A DNA stretch of 64,000 nt from a virus, in the IMG/VR virus record IMGVR_UViG_3300032213_003338, positions 1 through 64,000 of that record; one strand, written 5' to 3'. Position numbers and translations under genes: made by a program. A model generated the notes under the pieces. The model made no database searches and was not told the origin of the DNA. It saw only the letters and a program-made list of their open reading frames with translations. This document shows positions 1-9,643 of the stretch, one piece after another. Numbering within the stretch: position 1 is the stretch's first letter; each line of letters starts with the position of its first letter.

Positions 1-14
1 TAAATTTCTAAACA

Positions 15-998
15 TTAAATTCTTAATCCTTCTATCTGGCTAACTCTCTTCAAAAGTTCCTGTATTGGTTTGCCCATAAATGTTTTTGCTCCCTTCTGTG
101 CTGCCTCTACTATTTTTTCGGCAAGCTCTCTCGCTGTGGCTTTTACCTCTGGACTAGCTTCTTTTGACGCTCTTTGTGAAATTGGTCCAGCGCGACCTTC
201 TGAAATTTCACCCTTTTTGTAAGCACCGTATTTTAGAACTTGCTCATTCAAAGCTACACGAAAATAATCACGGGCATCATCGTTAATTGTTCTAATAAAC
301 TCTTTGTCGAGGTCTGTGTCTTTTTTTCTTTTAACCCATGACTTTATAGAAAAAGAGCCACCAAAAAGCATGGTGTGGGTTCCGCTTCGAGATCGCTTTG
401 CTATATTTGCCTTGATCGTTTCTTTAAGCGGCTCTAGTTTTGGGTTGAGCTTTTCATTTCCATTTACTCCAGGCCAAACACTATAGCCTTGAATATTCCC
501 TGTTGAAGGTCTTAATAACCACTCAAACCAGTTGATTTTTTGTGATTTTGATTTTTTGACCTTTACGTCTGAGTAGGGGTTTAGAAATGATTTCTTTGAA
601 ATATAAGATATAGATGATGCAATCTTATCAAGGTCTGTTTGATTTTTAAACCTTACAGTTCCTTGCGACCCGCTTTGATTTACTTCAACCTTAAAAAACG
701 CTCTGGATTTTTTAAAAATTAAATCTTCGATATTTGTGTTTTTTCTTAAACCAAGAGCGCCCCTAAGCTCCAAATCAGTCATAGCTTGTTTTATATTTGG
801 ATCATTTATGACATGTTGGCGAAATCTGTCTGCTAAAAACGCTGCTGTTTTTCTTGCGGCGACATTAACGGCTCTTTTCATAAGTCTTGATATTGCACCA
901 GAACCCTTTAAGTCTTTTTCAAGCTGTCTAATTGCGGAAGAGTATTCAGTTTGATCAAGTATAAGAAATGTGGTGGTGACCTTGGCTGTTTTAGCCAT
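15..998 (-). CDS. Hypothetical virion morphogenesis (neck/tail-completion-like) protein
   Basis: Basic protein. The likely start MAKTAK at 998 overlaps the upstream gene's stop. Lies downstream of the capsid/adaptor genes; function inferred from synteny only. Confidence 0.5.
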   Translation of the reverse strand: MAKTAKVTTTFLILDQTEYSSAIRQLEKDLKGSGAISRLMKRAVNVAARKTAAFLADRFRQHVINDPNIKQAMTDLELRGALGLRKNTNIEDLIFKKSRAFFKVEVNQSGSQGTVRFKNQTDLDKIASSISYISKKSFLNPYSDVKVKKSKSQKINWFEWLLRPSTGNIQGYSVWPGVNGNEKLNPKLEPLKETIKANIAKRSRSGTHTMLFGGSFSIKSWVKRKKDTDLDKEFIRTINDDARDYFRVALNEQVLKYGAYKKGEISEGRAGPISQRASKEASPEVKATARELAEKIVEAAQKGAKTFMGKPIQELLKRVSQIEGLRI

Positions 999-1521
999 TT
1001 GATGTCTCCACCCAGTATGTTTTAACCTGGTGATAACCGCCAAGTCCATACGGGACAGGAGTCATAATTAGTTTTACTTTTATTTCTCTGCCCTTAAAAG
1101 ATGCATCAAAAACAGCGTCGGAACATCTCATCAAGTCTGGAGAATATTCTTTTGCGCATATCATTTTCCAAACGTTTTCAGATATACCGGCGGCTGGATT
1201 AAGCTCTTTAAACTCTTTGTTAGCGCCATAGACTCTTGCAATTATTGTCTTTGAGTTTTCTTGTATTTTTAATCCAGTTGGTGCAACCGGAAGATTTGAA
1301 AGCCCAACGCCTGGAACAAGTCTTGGGTTTGATCTTCCACCAAAAGAAGGCATGTACGCCTCTTTTTTTCCAATTGGGTCTTGAGAAACAGAGGCGGTTG
1401 CTTCTACAGCGTGGGAAAAAATAAGCTTACAAGAAACACCAAAGCTGTCAGTCAAGTCAGTTGCTATGCTGCGCCATTCTGATTTTATTGCGCTTAACTC
1501 TGAGCTTGAAAGAGTACCCAT
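991..1521 (-). CDS. Putative head-closure/neck protein
   Basis: 176 aa, tightly coupled to neighbours in the head operon; synteny. Confidence 0.5.
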   Translation of the reverse strand: MGTLSSSELSAIKSEWRSIATDLTDSFGVSCKLIFSHAVEATASVSQDPIGKKEAYMPSFGGRSNPRLVPGVGLSNLPVAPTGLKIQENSKTIIARVYGANKEFKELNPAAGISENVWKMICAKEYSPDLMRCSDAVFDASFKGREIKVKLIMTPVPYGLGGYHQVKTYWVETSNG

Positions 1522-1523
1522 TT

Positions 1524-2051
1524 TTATCTCCTATGAACTGTTGGCCAGTAGAAATCGACGCTTGTTTGACCAATATTTGCGCTTTCGTATGCACCAAATA
1601 TAGCCTTGAGTGTTGCTCTGTTCCCTTTTTCCCAGGCCCATCGTGCCTTTTCGTAGTTTTCAAGATATACCTTGTAGGAATCACCGCGAGCTTTTAGGGC
1701 AGAAGTCCCATCATAAGATGTTACATCGTCACGAATTTTTACACCGTATTTAGCGGCGTCTCTTCTCATTTCAGACATTGCCAGAATTGCACCAGCTTTA
1801 AAAACAAAGAGAGCTGGAATTCCGGGGTCAACATCTCCACTAATGATTGGGTCTGGTAATATTGTGTTGTTTGCTGTGTCTATAGTAAAAGTGTTATTTA
1901 TTAACTGAACTTCTGCGACAACAGCGGCAGCACTTAGAGTAATAAAACTTTCTAGTATTGCGTCAGTGTATCGCTGGGGCGAGTCTAGGTCGCCTATATA
2001 ATAGCGCAATCTTTCTGGCAAAACGTCTGTCCAGTTGTTTACTGTTGGCAT
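1524..2051 (-). CDS. Putative head-tail adaptor protein
   Basis: N-terminal LRYYIGDLDSPQRYTDAILE resembles gp15/gp6-type adaptors; located after the MCP. Confidence 0.6.
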   Translation of the reverse strand: MPTVNNWTDVLPERLRYYIGDLDSPQRYTDAILESFITLSAAAVVAEVQLINNTFTIDTANNTILPDPIISGDVDPGIPALFVFKAGAILAMSEMRRDAAKYGVKIRDDVTSYDGTSALKARGDSYKVYLENYEKARWAWEKGNRATLKAIFGAYESANIGQTSVDFYWPTVHRR

Positions 2052-2054
2052 TTT

Positions 2055-2537
2055 TTAGACCCAGTGATCTTTTGGATATGTTTGAATGTAAATTACTTGA
2101 CCAGCACCCATATCACCAGTAACGGTTTTTGCCCATGCATTTCTTACCGTGGAGATATTTTGACCACCGAGCTGTATACTGTCGCCAGAACCAAGAGGGA
2201 AGCCTGTTTCAGAAGACCAACTACCAGAAACTGGTATATTATAACCAACACGAATTGCTGTTGGTCCTGGGTTGTATATTAGAACCGACTCAACCGGCTC
2301 TCCGTGATGGCCGCTTTCTGAAGCAAAAATGTATCTTCCGGCTGAATCTATTGATGGCCAGCCTGTTGCGAATGGCTTGATTGTTTTATCGTAGACAAAC
2401 TGGTTAGCTACTATATTTTCTGAAACAAGACCTATTATACCGTAAGTAATACTCTGCTGAACAGTTGGATTTTGATAAACAATAGCGCGATTTGTTACAC
2501 CGCTAACATTGCTTGGGTTTGTTGGGGCTAGTGGCAT
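2055..2537 (-). CDS. Putative virion structural protein (beta-rich)
   Basis: 160 aa, AGAGGA RBS, own late-promoter motif at 2555-2560. Confidence 0.55.
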   Translation of the reverse strand: MPLAPTNPSNVSGVTNRAIVYQNPTVQQSITYGIIGLVSENIVANQFVYDKTIKPFATGWPSIDSAGRYIFASESGHHGEPVESVLIYNPGPTAIRVGYNIPVSGSWSSETGFPLGSGDSIQLGGQNISTVRNAWAKTVTGDMGAGQVIYIQTYPKDHWV

Positions 2538-2563
2538 TTTTTCCTCTATTTTAAATACACAAA

Positions 2564-2594
2564 TAAAAATCCCGCCCCAAAGGGAGCGGGATTC
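2564..2594 (-). terminator. Intrinsic terminator after major capsid gene
   Basis: Minus strand AATCCCGC-TCCCTTTGGG-GCGGGATT followed by TTTATT. Confidence 0.75.
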
Positions 2595-2616
2595 TTAGTA
2601 TTTGCGTTACTGTGAA

Positions 2617-3681
2617 TCAGAAGGAACCAGCGAGGATGTATCTGACGTCTAGGCAAGCCCATCCGCCTTCCATCGAGCCGTAGAAACCAACCAGGCCGTG
2701 TCTGTGTAGATTTTCATCTTCAGTAATTTCAATCTTCTGAGATACTGGGTGGATGAAAGACTTATCTGGCTGGGTAAGGTCGAGGCCGATTACAAGCTCT
2801 TCGTCAGAAGCAGCGAGAGAGCCGCTTAGGACGCCGGTGTAGTAGAGTTGGTACTCTTGACCAACGCCAAGCTCATCAAGATCATGGAAGTTTACGCCGT
2901 ACATACCACGGACAGCGCCTTCTTCGCTTCTCTGGATTGAGCTTCTGATGTCATCAGAAACCAAGTTCAGACCCCACGCGCTCATGTCTTCAAATGCCTC
3001 TGGAGACATGTAAAGATCGGTGAGCTTGCGGCGGTTAGTGCTAGTGGAGTTGCCACCACCGTTTCTGCGAACGATGGTCTTCATGAGGCTAACGAGCTTT
3101 GGTGTGAAAGAACCAGCTGGCGCGTCAGCGTCATAAGCAGCGATACCACGACCGTAAGCAGCGGCGAGAAGAGTCTGCCAGCCGTCGTCGTTGTTCTTCT
3201 TTACGAAGGACATGTTGAGGACTTCAATCATTCTACGAAGAACGTCAAATCTGGCGTTCTTGAGGAACTTTCTGGTGCAGTCAATTGAGCTACCGATCAT
3301 ATAGGTGTTCAATTGAATGTAGTCAGCCTCAACTCTGCGCATTGGAATTTTGCCGTGGTCTGGGATAACGTATGCAACGTGATCCTTTTCAGTGCCTGGG
3401 GCAAGAAGGTCGAGAGGAATACGAAGGTCATTAGTTGTGCTGAAATCTTCAGTTACGAAGATGTCAGAAACAACGTCGCCCTTGAGCACACCCTCTCTGA
3501 TTGGGCCTTCAACAGCCTCGGAGTAGTTAAATTCATTTAGAGCAGAAGCAATGCCTTTTGCAATTTGAGCCTGCGCTCTCATTGAGACCGCTTTGTCATT
3601 GCTGCCAGCATCGGAAAGCAGCTGTTTTGCTGCGTCGGTAAGTTCTTGTGTTTCTACGCTATCTTTGATTTCGTTGTTCAT
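2617..3681 (-). CDS. Major capsid protein (HK97-like fold probable)
   Basis: 354 aa with strong codon bias, downstream of protease/scaffold and decoration genes, followed by a terminator. C-terminal GLVGFYGSMEGGWACLD is typical of capsid proteins. Confidence 0.8.
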   Translation of the reverse strand: MNNEIKDSVETQELTDAAKQLLSDAGSNDKAVSMRAQAQIAKGIASALNEFNYSEAVEGPIREGVLKGDVVSDIFVTEDFSTTNDLRIPLDLLAPGTEKDHVAYVIPDHGKIPMRRVEADYIQLNTYMIGSSIDCTRKFLKNARFDVLRRMIEVLNMSFVKKNNDDGWQTLLAAAYGRGIAAYDADAPAGSFTPKLVSLMKTIVRRNGGGNSTSTNRRKLTDLYMSPEAFEDMSAWGLNLVSDDIRSSIQRSEEGAVRGMYGVNFHDLDELGVGQEYQLYYTGVLSGSLAASDEELVIGLDLTQPDKSFIHPVSQKIEITEDENLHRHGLVGFYGSMEGGWACLDVRYILAGSF

Positions 3682-3723
3682 TTTATACCTATTTCTTTTG
3701 TTTTTATTCAGCTTTTAACTCAA

Positions 3724-4278
3724 TCATAGATCAACGTAAACCTTAGCGTAACCGTCCTCGTCAACTCTAGAGAGGAACTTGCCGATTACGTATGAGCCAG
3801 ATGGACTGTTAATGTGAGCATTGAATACTGTGGCGTTGGTTGCTAGAGTACCTAAACCAAGCGCTCCGCTTGGAACAGTTGTAATGAAACCACTTGGGCC
3901 AGTGTAAGCAGTAGCGCCTGGAACAACAGCGACGGTAGTTGGGCCAATTGTGGTTACTACTCTGTTTGTTACAACGTAGCCCTTCTTTAGGAGGGTAATC
4001 TTATCACCAACTTGAACCTCGCTCTTGTATGGGTTGAGGATCTGTCTGGTGAGATCGATATTTACTACATCGTTGAGGAGAAGACCAAGAGGACGGACGC
4101 CAGTGGCGTTTAGACCGTACCAAACTTGGTTTGCTGCTTGGTCCATAGCGGCACCAGAAGCAACAGTTGAGCCAGTCGCGCTGACCCAACCACCACGCTC
4201 GCTGCCGTAACCAATACCGGTAGCCCAGAAATAAGAGATGTCTACGTCGAGTTCGTTTCTATCAGGTTTTAATGCCAT
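3724..4278 (-). CDS. Putative capsid decoration/cement protein
   Basis: Gly-rich beta protein (PLGLLLNDVV, IGKFLS..DEDGYAKVYVDL) between scaffold and MCP. Confidence 0.6.
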   Translation of the reverse strand: MALKPDRNELDVDISYFWATGIGYGSERGGWVSATGSTVASGAAMDQAANQVWYGLNATGVRPLGLLLNDVVNIDLTRQILNPYKSEVQVGDKITLLKKGYVVTNRVVTTIGPTTVAVVPGATAYTGPSGFITTVPSGALGLGTLATNATVFNAHINSPSGSYVIGKFLSRVDEDGYAKVYVDL

Positions 4279-4324
4279 TGTTTTACCTTTGTTTTATTAT
4301 ACACAAATTTAAAATTTGCTTTAA

Positions 4325-4822
4325 TTATTTTCTTCGCAGCGCATGAGCTATGAGATTTTTCGCCACGTCGGCCTTGTTTTCACGCTTGGTCGCTACTACA
4401 AAATTCGGAGTTTGGGACTGTTGTTTCTTCGCTGCCGCAATTGCCTGTGAAGCCTTTGCGACGATTTCTTGCTCTGTGATTACCTTTTCAATCTTGTTGC
4501 TTACTTTGCTTACAGCCTTTCTTAGCTCAGCAAATGACTCTTCTGACATGGCTTTAAGCTCTGGCAGGTCTTCTTCTGTATAGCTTTCGCCAACCATTTC
4601 TCGCATTTCAGCAAGTCTGTCAGCGCCTACTTTGTTTTCGTAGGCTTGATCGATAATCTCTTCTGCTTGTGCTTTGAAGTCTTCTAGCTCTTCTAAACGA
4701 GCTAGTTTTAGGTTCATGTTTTCAATGTGGGTTGTCGCCAAAGCAATTGCTTGTTCGGCAAAAACCAATTGTTCTTTAAGCTCCAGAACCTCAGTATCTT
4801 TATTTGTATTTGTATCTGACAT
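4325..4822 (-). CDS. Nested in-frame scaffold protein (internal start MSDTNTNK)
   Basis: In-frame ATG at 4822 preceded by AGAGGA RBS and late motif at 4841-4846. Confidence 0.6.
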   Translation of the reverse strand: MSDTNTNKDTEVLELKEQLVFAEQAIALATTHIENMNLKLARLEELEDFKAQAEEIIDQAYENKVGADRLAEMREMVGESYTEEDLPELKAMSEESFAELRKAVSKVSNKIEKVITEQEIVAKASQAIAAAKKQQSQTPNFVVATKRENKADVAKNLIAHALRRK

Positions 4823-6241
4823 TTTTTCCTCTTTGTTTTTATACACAAAATTATTTTTATTTTCTAAACTACTGTCTTTTTTGTTTGCTTGGCTTAGAGC
4901 GTTATCGCCAGCAGATCCTGGTGCTGATTGCTGAGATGATGGCCCGCTTTGGTTTTCTTGTGGATTAAAAGTACCCTCTTGAATATCGCCAGAATCGCCC
5001 TCTGGTTTGTCTATATAATAGGAAGTTTCGGATTCTTGGGAAATGCCAAGCTCTTTAAGGACAAAACGAAGCTCGCGCTCATCCTCGCATGGACGATACT
5101 GTGGTATTGCCATTTGCTTTTCGAGATCTGTTGGGTCTGCCATTAAAGCCGAGTAAAGAAGTGGTTTGTCGCCGTGTCTGTCTTCCTGATAAAGGTGATA
5201 ACCAGTGCAGCCAAGTTTTATTTTTCCGACGCTTTCGGCTTCTTTTGCTGTGAAAAACAAGAATCCATCAGCTGGTGGCTTAAAAGAAGTTGGCATTTCT
5301 CTTTTATTTTTTAGGTCTTGTGGGGTGTCTGTTCTGGAAACATTTGAAGTGTCATCTGGCATTTCTGCTGGATTTAATATTGCACCAGGCTCTTGAAGTG
5401 TTGATATTGGAGAGGTTGCGTTCATAAGATCCTGTGCGGTTTGAGCAAAAATTATGCTGTATATTTTGTTCTTCTTTTTGTTTGCTGGTTCGTAAACTAC
5501 ACCTTGTCCAGAAAAAGTTATGTTCTTTAGCCATCTTCCGATCTGGTATCTTTGACCCTTGTATTGGGTTGTTCCTTTACCACCAAAAGCCAAAAGATCT
5601 TTAGACATTTTTGAGTTTGCGTCAGATCTGTCAAGGAATATTATTTCAGAGTCATCGTCTTTTCTTAGCGCGTATCCGAAGTCCTCAAAGAAGCATTCCA
5701 TTGAAACAAATAGCTTTCCGTCTTCAATGCCCTTTTTTATTTTTTGAGCGTAGGTTGGAAAGTAACCGGACCAAATTATACCGTCCTGTTTAACGTGTAT
5801 TTTTCCGCTGCAAGATCGTGGATTTTTGCAAGAAGACTCGTCTGCCTTAATTATATTAACCTCTGGAACATCCCCTTCTACAAGAGTTGTCTCAAGCATT
5901 ACGCCTATATTTTCATTTTCGGTGTCTTCAGAACCCTTGTGCATCCAATTGATTGGTTTAAATTTTGCTGTTGAGTATCGTGAAAGTATCTCTTCGGATG
6001 TAAAAACATCGTCGTTTGCATTCCATATATCGCTAACAAGTATTGATGATAGAGTTGTAACATCATCGGTTGGCTTATAGCCATTTGGTGCAATTGAGGC
6101 GATTGCGCAAGCGTTGCCCTTGCAGACATTATTAAGAGAATCTGTTTTTACAGAAATGTCGGTGACTAAAGTTGAGTCACATTTTGTTTTGTTATTAACT
6201 AAAAGTGAAGCTATTTCTTTTTCGCCTTCAAAGACTTTCAT
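4325..6241 (-). CDS. Prohead protease fused to scaffold
   Basis: N-terminal WNANDDVF, PINWMH, VSMEC and FSGQGVVYEPAN motifs of phage maturation proteases; acidic linker; coiled-coil C-terminus. Confidence 0.7.
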   Translation of the reverse strand: MKVFEGEKEIASLLVNNKTKCDSTLVTDISVKTDSLNNVCKGNACAIASIAPNGYKPTDDVTTLSSILVSDIWNANDDVFTSEEILSRYSTAKFKPINWMHKGSEDTENENIGVMLETTLVEGDVPEVNIIKADESSCKNPRSCSGKIHVKQDGIIWSGYFPTYAQKIKKGIEDGKLFVSMECFFEDFGYALRKDDDSEIIFLDRSDANSKMSKDLLAFGGKGTTQYKGQRYQIGRWLKNITFSGQGVVYEPANKKKNKIYSIIFAQTAQDLMNATSPISTLQEPGAILNPAEMPDDTSNVSRTDTPQDLKNKREMPTSFKPPADGFLFFTAKEAESVGKIKLGCTGYHLYQEDRHGDKPLLYSALMADPTDLEKQMAIPQYRPCEDERELRFVLKELGISQESETSYYIDKPEGDSGDIQEGTFNPQENQSGPSSQQSAPGSAGDNALSQANKKDSSLENKNNFVYKNKEEKMSDTNTNKDTEVLELKEQLVFAEQAIALATTHIENMNLKLARLEELEDFKAQAEEIIDQAYENKVGADRLAEMREMVGESYTEEDLPELKAMSEESFAELRKAVSKVSNKIEKVITEQEIVAKASQAIAAAKKQQSQTPNFVVATKRENKADVAKNLIAHALRRK

Positions 6242-6290
6242 GTTTTAATATACACATTAGTTTTAAAGAGTAAAAGTTCTATAATATTTC

Positions 6291-6944
6291 ATGCACGCAA
6301 ACTCGCCAGTGATAAAAGTTTTCATTAAAAACGATTTCTTGTACGACATGGAGAAAAAAGAAGGTTTCACTGAGGGTCATGTTTTTGGTGTTAGATCAAT
6401 GCGAGCAAGAAGTTTGCTTTTTCATGTAATGCTTAAAACTGGAGCGCACTGGCGTGGTATTCCGCTTCATTCTATGTGGTGGCACAAGCCAGAAGATGGG
6501 TCTGAGCGCTACAGCCTTGAAAACTTACAACTCTGGGACTGTTTTACTGAAAAAATACAAATAATACAATGGGACTATTTGCTTGGTCATCAATGCGATT
6601 GTTTTTTAAGAAATAAAAAGGTCGTTCAGGGAGAGTATTGGTTTACTGTGGAGTGGCTGAAGGATGAAAATCCAGACACTTCATTTGTTTCAACTCCTGA
6701 TCAAGATAAATGTGCTCATATAATAAAATTGGATAACGGTCAAATTGCCGCCCTTCCAACAAATAGAATAGCCTTTAAGGACGCCTATTTCATTGGAAAC
6801 AAACCAAATCCTGGGGCTGAGGGGTATAAGGTATCTTCTAAGGTGTGGAGCGCCGAAACTTGTGATAGGTGGTCTGTTTCAGAGGAAAATGGTGTATTTT
6901 ATTTAGATGAAGAAGAAAAAGAATGCAATACGCAACAAGAGTAA
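6291..6944 (+). CDS. Hypothetical phage protein
   Basis: 217 aa ORF; TATAAT just upstream of the ATG. Confidence 0.7.
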   Translation: MHANSPVIKVFIKNDFLYDMEKKEGFTEGHVFGVRSMRARSLLFHVMLKTGAHWRGIPLHSMWWHKPEDGSERYSLENLQLWDCFTEKIQIIQWDYLLGHQCDCFLRNKKVVQGEYWFTVEWLKDENPDTSFVSTPDQDKCAHIIKLDNGQIAALPTNRIAFKDAYFIGNKPNPGAEGYKVSSKVWSAETCDRWSVSEENGVFYLDEEEKECNTQQE

Positions 6945-7155
6945 AAAACCTACTGAGGCTGAGTTTTATTACTTTTGCGCGTTTTTGGAATCAGACGGGG
7001 ACGTTTATCCGCTTCTTTTGACTAAAAACGAATTAAAAAGAGCAAAATCAAGAGCTGTAAAAAATAAAGAAGACGTGCCTTCCGAGTTTTTAGTTTTTCA
7101 GTACTCTGATGGGTCATTGAAAAAATTAAACAGTGAAAGCTTGAGTAAGCCATAA
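6907..7155 (+). CDS. Hypothetical protein
   Basis: 82 aa ORF overlapping the end of the previous gene. Confidence 0.55.
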   Translation: MKKKKNAIRNKSKKPTEAEFYYFCAFLESDGDVYPLLLTKNELKRAKSRAVKNKEDVPSEFLVFQYSDGSLKKLNSESLSKP

Positions 7156-7200
7156 AAGCAGGCGCGAAAATCCTAGGCCCACCGAAGACTAATCAAGCTC

Positions 7201-7500
7201 TCACGTATTTTCTTCCTTTTTTTCTTCTGGCTCGTCTTTAATGTCACCATCATCACAAAGCAATGGTTTTCTTATAAACTCTCTATAAGCCCATAATAGC
7301 GCTATCAGGGCAACTGGGGCATACCAAAAAAGCCAACCGTAACCAGTTGTGTCCGTGGCCTGGTGCTCTATTGATTTCTTGATAGAAAGCATAACAGCAC
7401 TGTCTCCAGTTGTGTCTGGTATTATTCGTGGTGTTGTGTCACATCCAAAAAGAGAAACCGAAAAAAGCAACGGCCAAACTATTTTTGTCATTGGTTTCAT
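7201..7500 (-). CDS. Lipoprotein with C-terminal TM helix (spanin-like candidate)
   Basis: Signal peptide with lipobox LFGC; TM WLFWYAPVALIALLWAY; overlaps the holin-like gene. Confidence 0.5.
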   Translation of the reverse strand: MKPMTKIVWPLLFSVSLFGCDTTPRIIPDTTGDSAVMLSIKKSIEHQATDTTGYGWLFWYAPVALIALLWAYREFIRKPLLCDDGDIKDEPEEKKEENT

Positions 7501-7931
7501 GATTTCCTCGCTGCTGCAGATGTGCCAAAGTAGAATCCAACTATACTAAGTAGTATTTGTCGATTTTCTGATGAGTACAAAAAGCCGTTTACTTCAACAA
7601 AAAATTTCTTGCTAGTTTCTGGAATTATGCCAAAAAGACCCTCTGGATTTGTTGCGTCAACTTCAACAAATGTTGGTACTCCAAAAAATGGAAGTATAAA
7701 AGGTGCTGCTATAGAACCAAAAAGAACAGTTAAGACAATAAGCTGTCTAACGCCCTTTCCTACGTCTATTGGAACTCTTTTAGCGGCCTGGTCTTGATTT
7801 GAGGTTGTTTGCTTATTCGCCTCAATTACTCTTTCAAAGAGTTCTTTTTCGTCCTGCCTTTTTTCGGCTAGGTAGCGAAAAATAAACCCCAAAGTGCTAC
7901 CACCAATCATTGATAAAAGCTCAATCGGCAT
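7497..7931 (-). CDS. Holin-like membrane protein
   Basis: Several hydrophobic segments and a C-terminal IVGFYFG motif typical of 3TM phage holins; late motif at 7949-7954. Confidence 0.55.
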   Translation of the reverse strand: MPIELLSMIGGSTLGFIFRYLAEKRQDEKELFERVIEANKQTTSNQDQAAKRVPIDVGKGVRQLIVLTVLFGSIAAPFILPFFGVPTFVEVDATNPEGLFGIIPETSKKFFVEVNGFLYSSENRQILLSIVGFYFGTSAAARKS

Positions 7932-7974
7932 ATTTACCTCATGAGCTAATACACATTTTTTAATAGCTATTTAT

Positions 7975-9612
7975 TTAAGTGCTCTTTTTGTTATCAGCAC
8001 GAGTTCTTTTCTTAACTTTTCTCGTAACAGTATCCTTTGCACCATCTGGCCTTCCAGCTTTGCCTGGAGGCTCTTGCGATCCAGGCGTTTGCTCTCGCAA
8101 CTGTTGCAACTCTTTTGCTTTTTTGTGGTTGCTTTCAGGTATAATAGTTTGAATGAACGGGCTAAGTTTATCAAGAACTTCACCATCTTTTCTCATCTCG
8201 CTTTCGTTCTTTACTCTCGCCTTTTCAATGTTCCACATTTCCCCGACCTTTTCTAGGATAGTTTGGTTAGAAATGATGTTTCTATCTGCAAGCTCAATGA
8301 GAAGCTTAAAGTAGCTTGGTTGATCAAATAGATTGTCATTATTGAATCTGACCTTTGGTCTTTCTTGAAAGCCCATGTCGTCGCAAATCTGATTGACTTC
8401 ATGCATGATCCAATCAGACATGGCTCTTCTTACGCAATCTATTCTTTTCATAAGGTTTCTAAGACCTATAAATGAGTCCGAGCTTCCTGGAACATTGCTA
8501 TCACCGCCTATCAAGCTCTTATGCACACCAAGACCAAGAAGCATTGATTCGTAGTTTTCTTCAAAGTTTTGTAACTTTTCTATTGGTGGGAAAAACTGTT
8601 CGTAATCTAACATTGAATCCCAGATTACATCTAAAGTTCCACCGGTGTGGTTTTCAAGTATTTTAGCAAGCTTTACAATAGAGCCTGTATCTGGCAAAAT
8701 TTCAGCTTTGTGATCACCGAGCTTCCAAAGACGAACAGAGTTGTACCAGCTGTCAAGAGCGCTTATTTTTGCCATTCGCAGCTTTTCATTGTAAATTACG
8801 TCGTGTAAAATGCTAAAAATAAAACTTTTAGCCCATATTTCGCTGTCTTTTTTCTTGTAGTGTGCTACGTACACCTCATCTTCTGGAATCGGTATTACGG
8901 TTTCTCCAACGCTAGTTTTTTCACCAATTAGTTTTTTAATTTCTTCTGGAACACTTTTAAGTATGCTCTTGTCTTGAGCGTAAGCGTCTTTAAGATCTTG
9001 AACCTGCGCAGAGCTTACTTTAATTCCCCAGCGCTTGACTCCAGAAAAAATAGCTAGCTCACCACCGAGAAGTCTTATTGTTTGTGGATCATAAAAAACG
9101 TATTCAGTTGGTATGTCTATTTTTTCAACAGCGTTAGCTCTTTTCATTCTTCTTACTGTTGGAGTATCGATTTGCGATGTTTTTCTTCTTACAACTACAT
9201 TGCCTTCAACGACAAAATAATTCGCAAATCTTTCACTTCTTTCTTTGAGCGCCACATTGCTTGACCAAACCTTGAAAAAGTTTGTTATGTTTTCGTTTTC
9301 GCTTACTATTTCAAGACCTTCAACCGCTGTTTCTGTGATCAAATCAACAACAGATCTAATAACGCCAACGCTTTGATAAGCGTTTCTGCAAGACGTCATT
9401 ATGTCGTTGTCTTTATCTGGAATCCGCTCGTGCGGTCTGAATCTTTCGTATGTTGTTCTTGTGAACGGAGGCCGAACAGATATATTCTCTTCTAGGTTTG
9501 AGTAGAATCCGGCGACGGCCATATCTTGGCTAGCCATAGCCCGACCAAGTTTATTTAGTCCTTCTTGCCTGGCCTGATCTGGCGATATATAAAAGTTCTG
9601 TTCCTCTGACAT
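7975..9612 (-). CDS. Portal protein
   Basis: 545 aa directly downstream of TerL; VIRSVVDLITE helix and GRP-containing basic C-terminus. Confidence 0.75.
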   Translation of the reverse strand: MSEEQNFYISPDQARQEGLNKLGRAMASQDMAVAGFYSNLEENISVRPPFTRTTYERFRPHERIPDKDNDIMTSCRNAYQSVGVIRSVVDLITETAVEGLEIVSENENITNFFKVWSSNVALKERSERFANYFVVEGNVVVRRKTSQIDTPTVRRMKRANAVEKIDIPTEYVFYDPQTIRLLGGELAIFSGVKRWGIKVSSAQVQDLKDAYAQDKSILKSVPEEIKKLIGEKTSVGETVIPIPEDEVYVAHYKKKDSEIWAKSFIFSILHDVIYNEKLRMAKISALDSWYNSVRLWKLGDHKAEILPDTGSIVKLAKILENHTGGTLDVIWDSMLDYEQFFPPIEKLQNFEENYESMLLGLGVHKSLIGGDSNVPGSSDSFIGLRNLMKRIDCVRRAMSDWIMHEVNQICDDMGFQERPKVRFNNDNLFDQPSYFKLLIELADRNIISNQTILEKVGEMWNIEKARVKNESEMRKDGEVLDKLSPFIQTIIPESNHKKAKELQQLREQTPGSQEPPGKAGRPDGAKDTVTRKVKKRTRADNKKST

Positions 9613-9643
9613 GTTAACCTATTCTAGCTATTGGATCAATACA

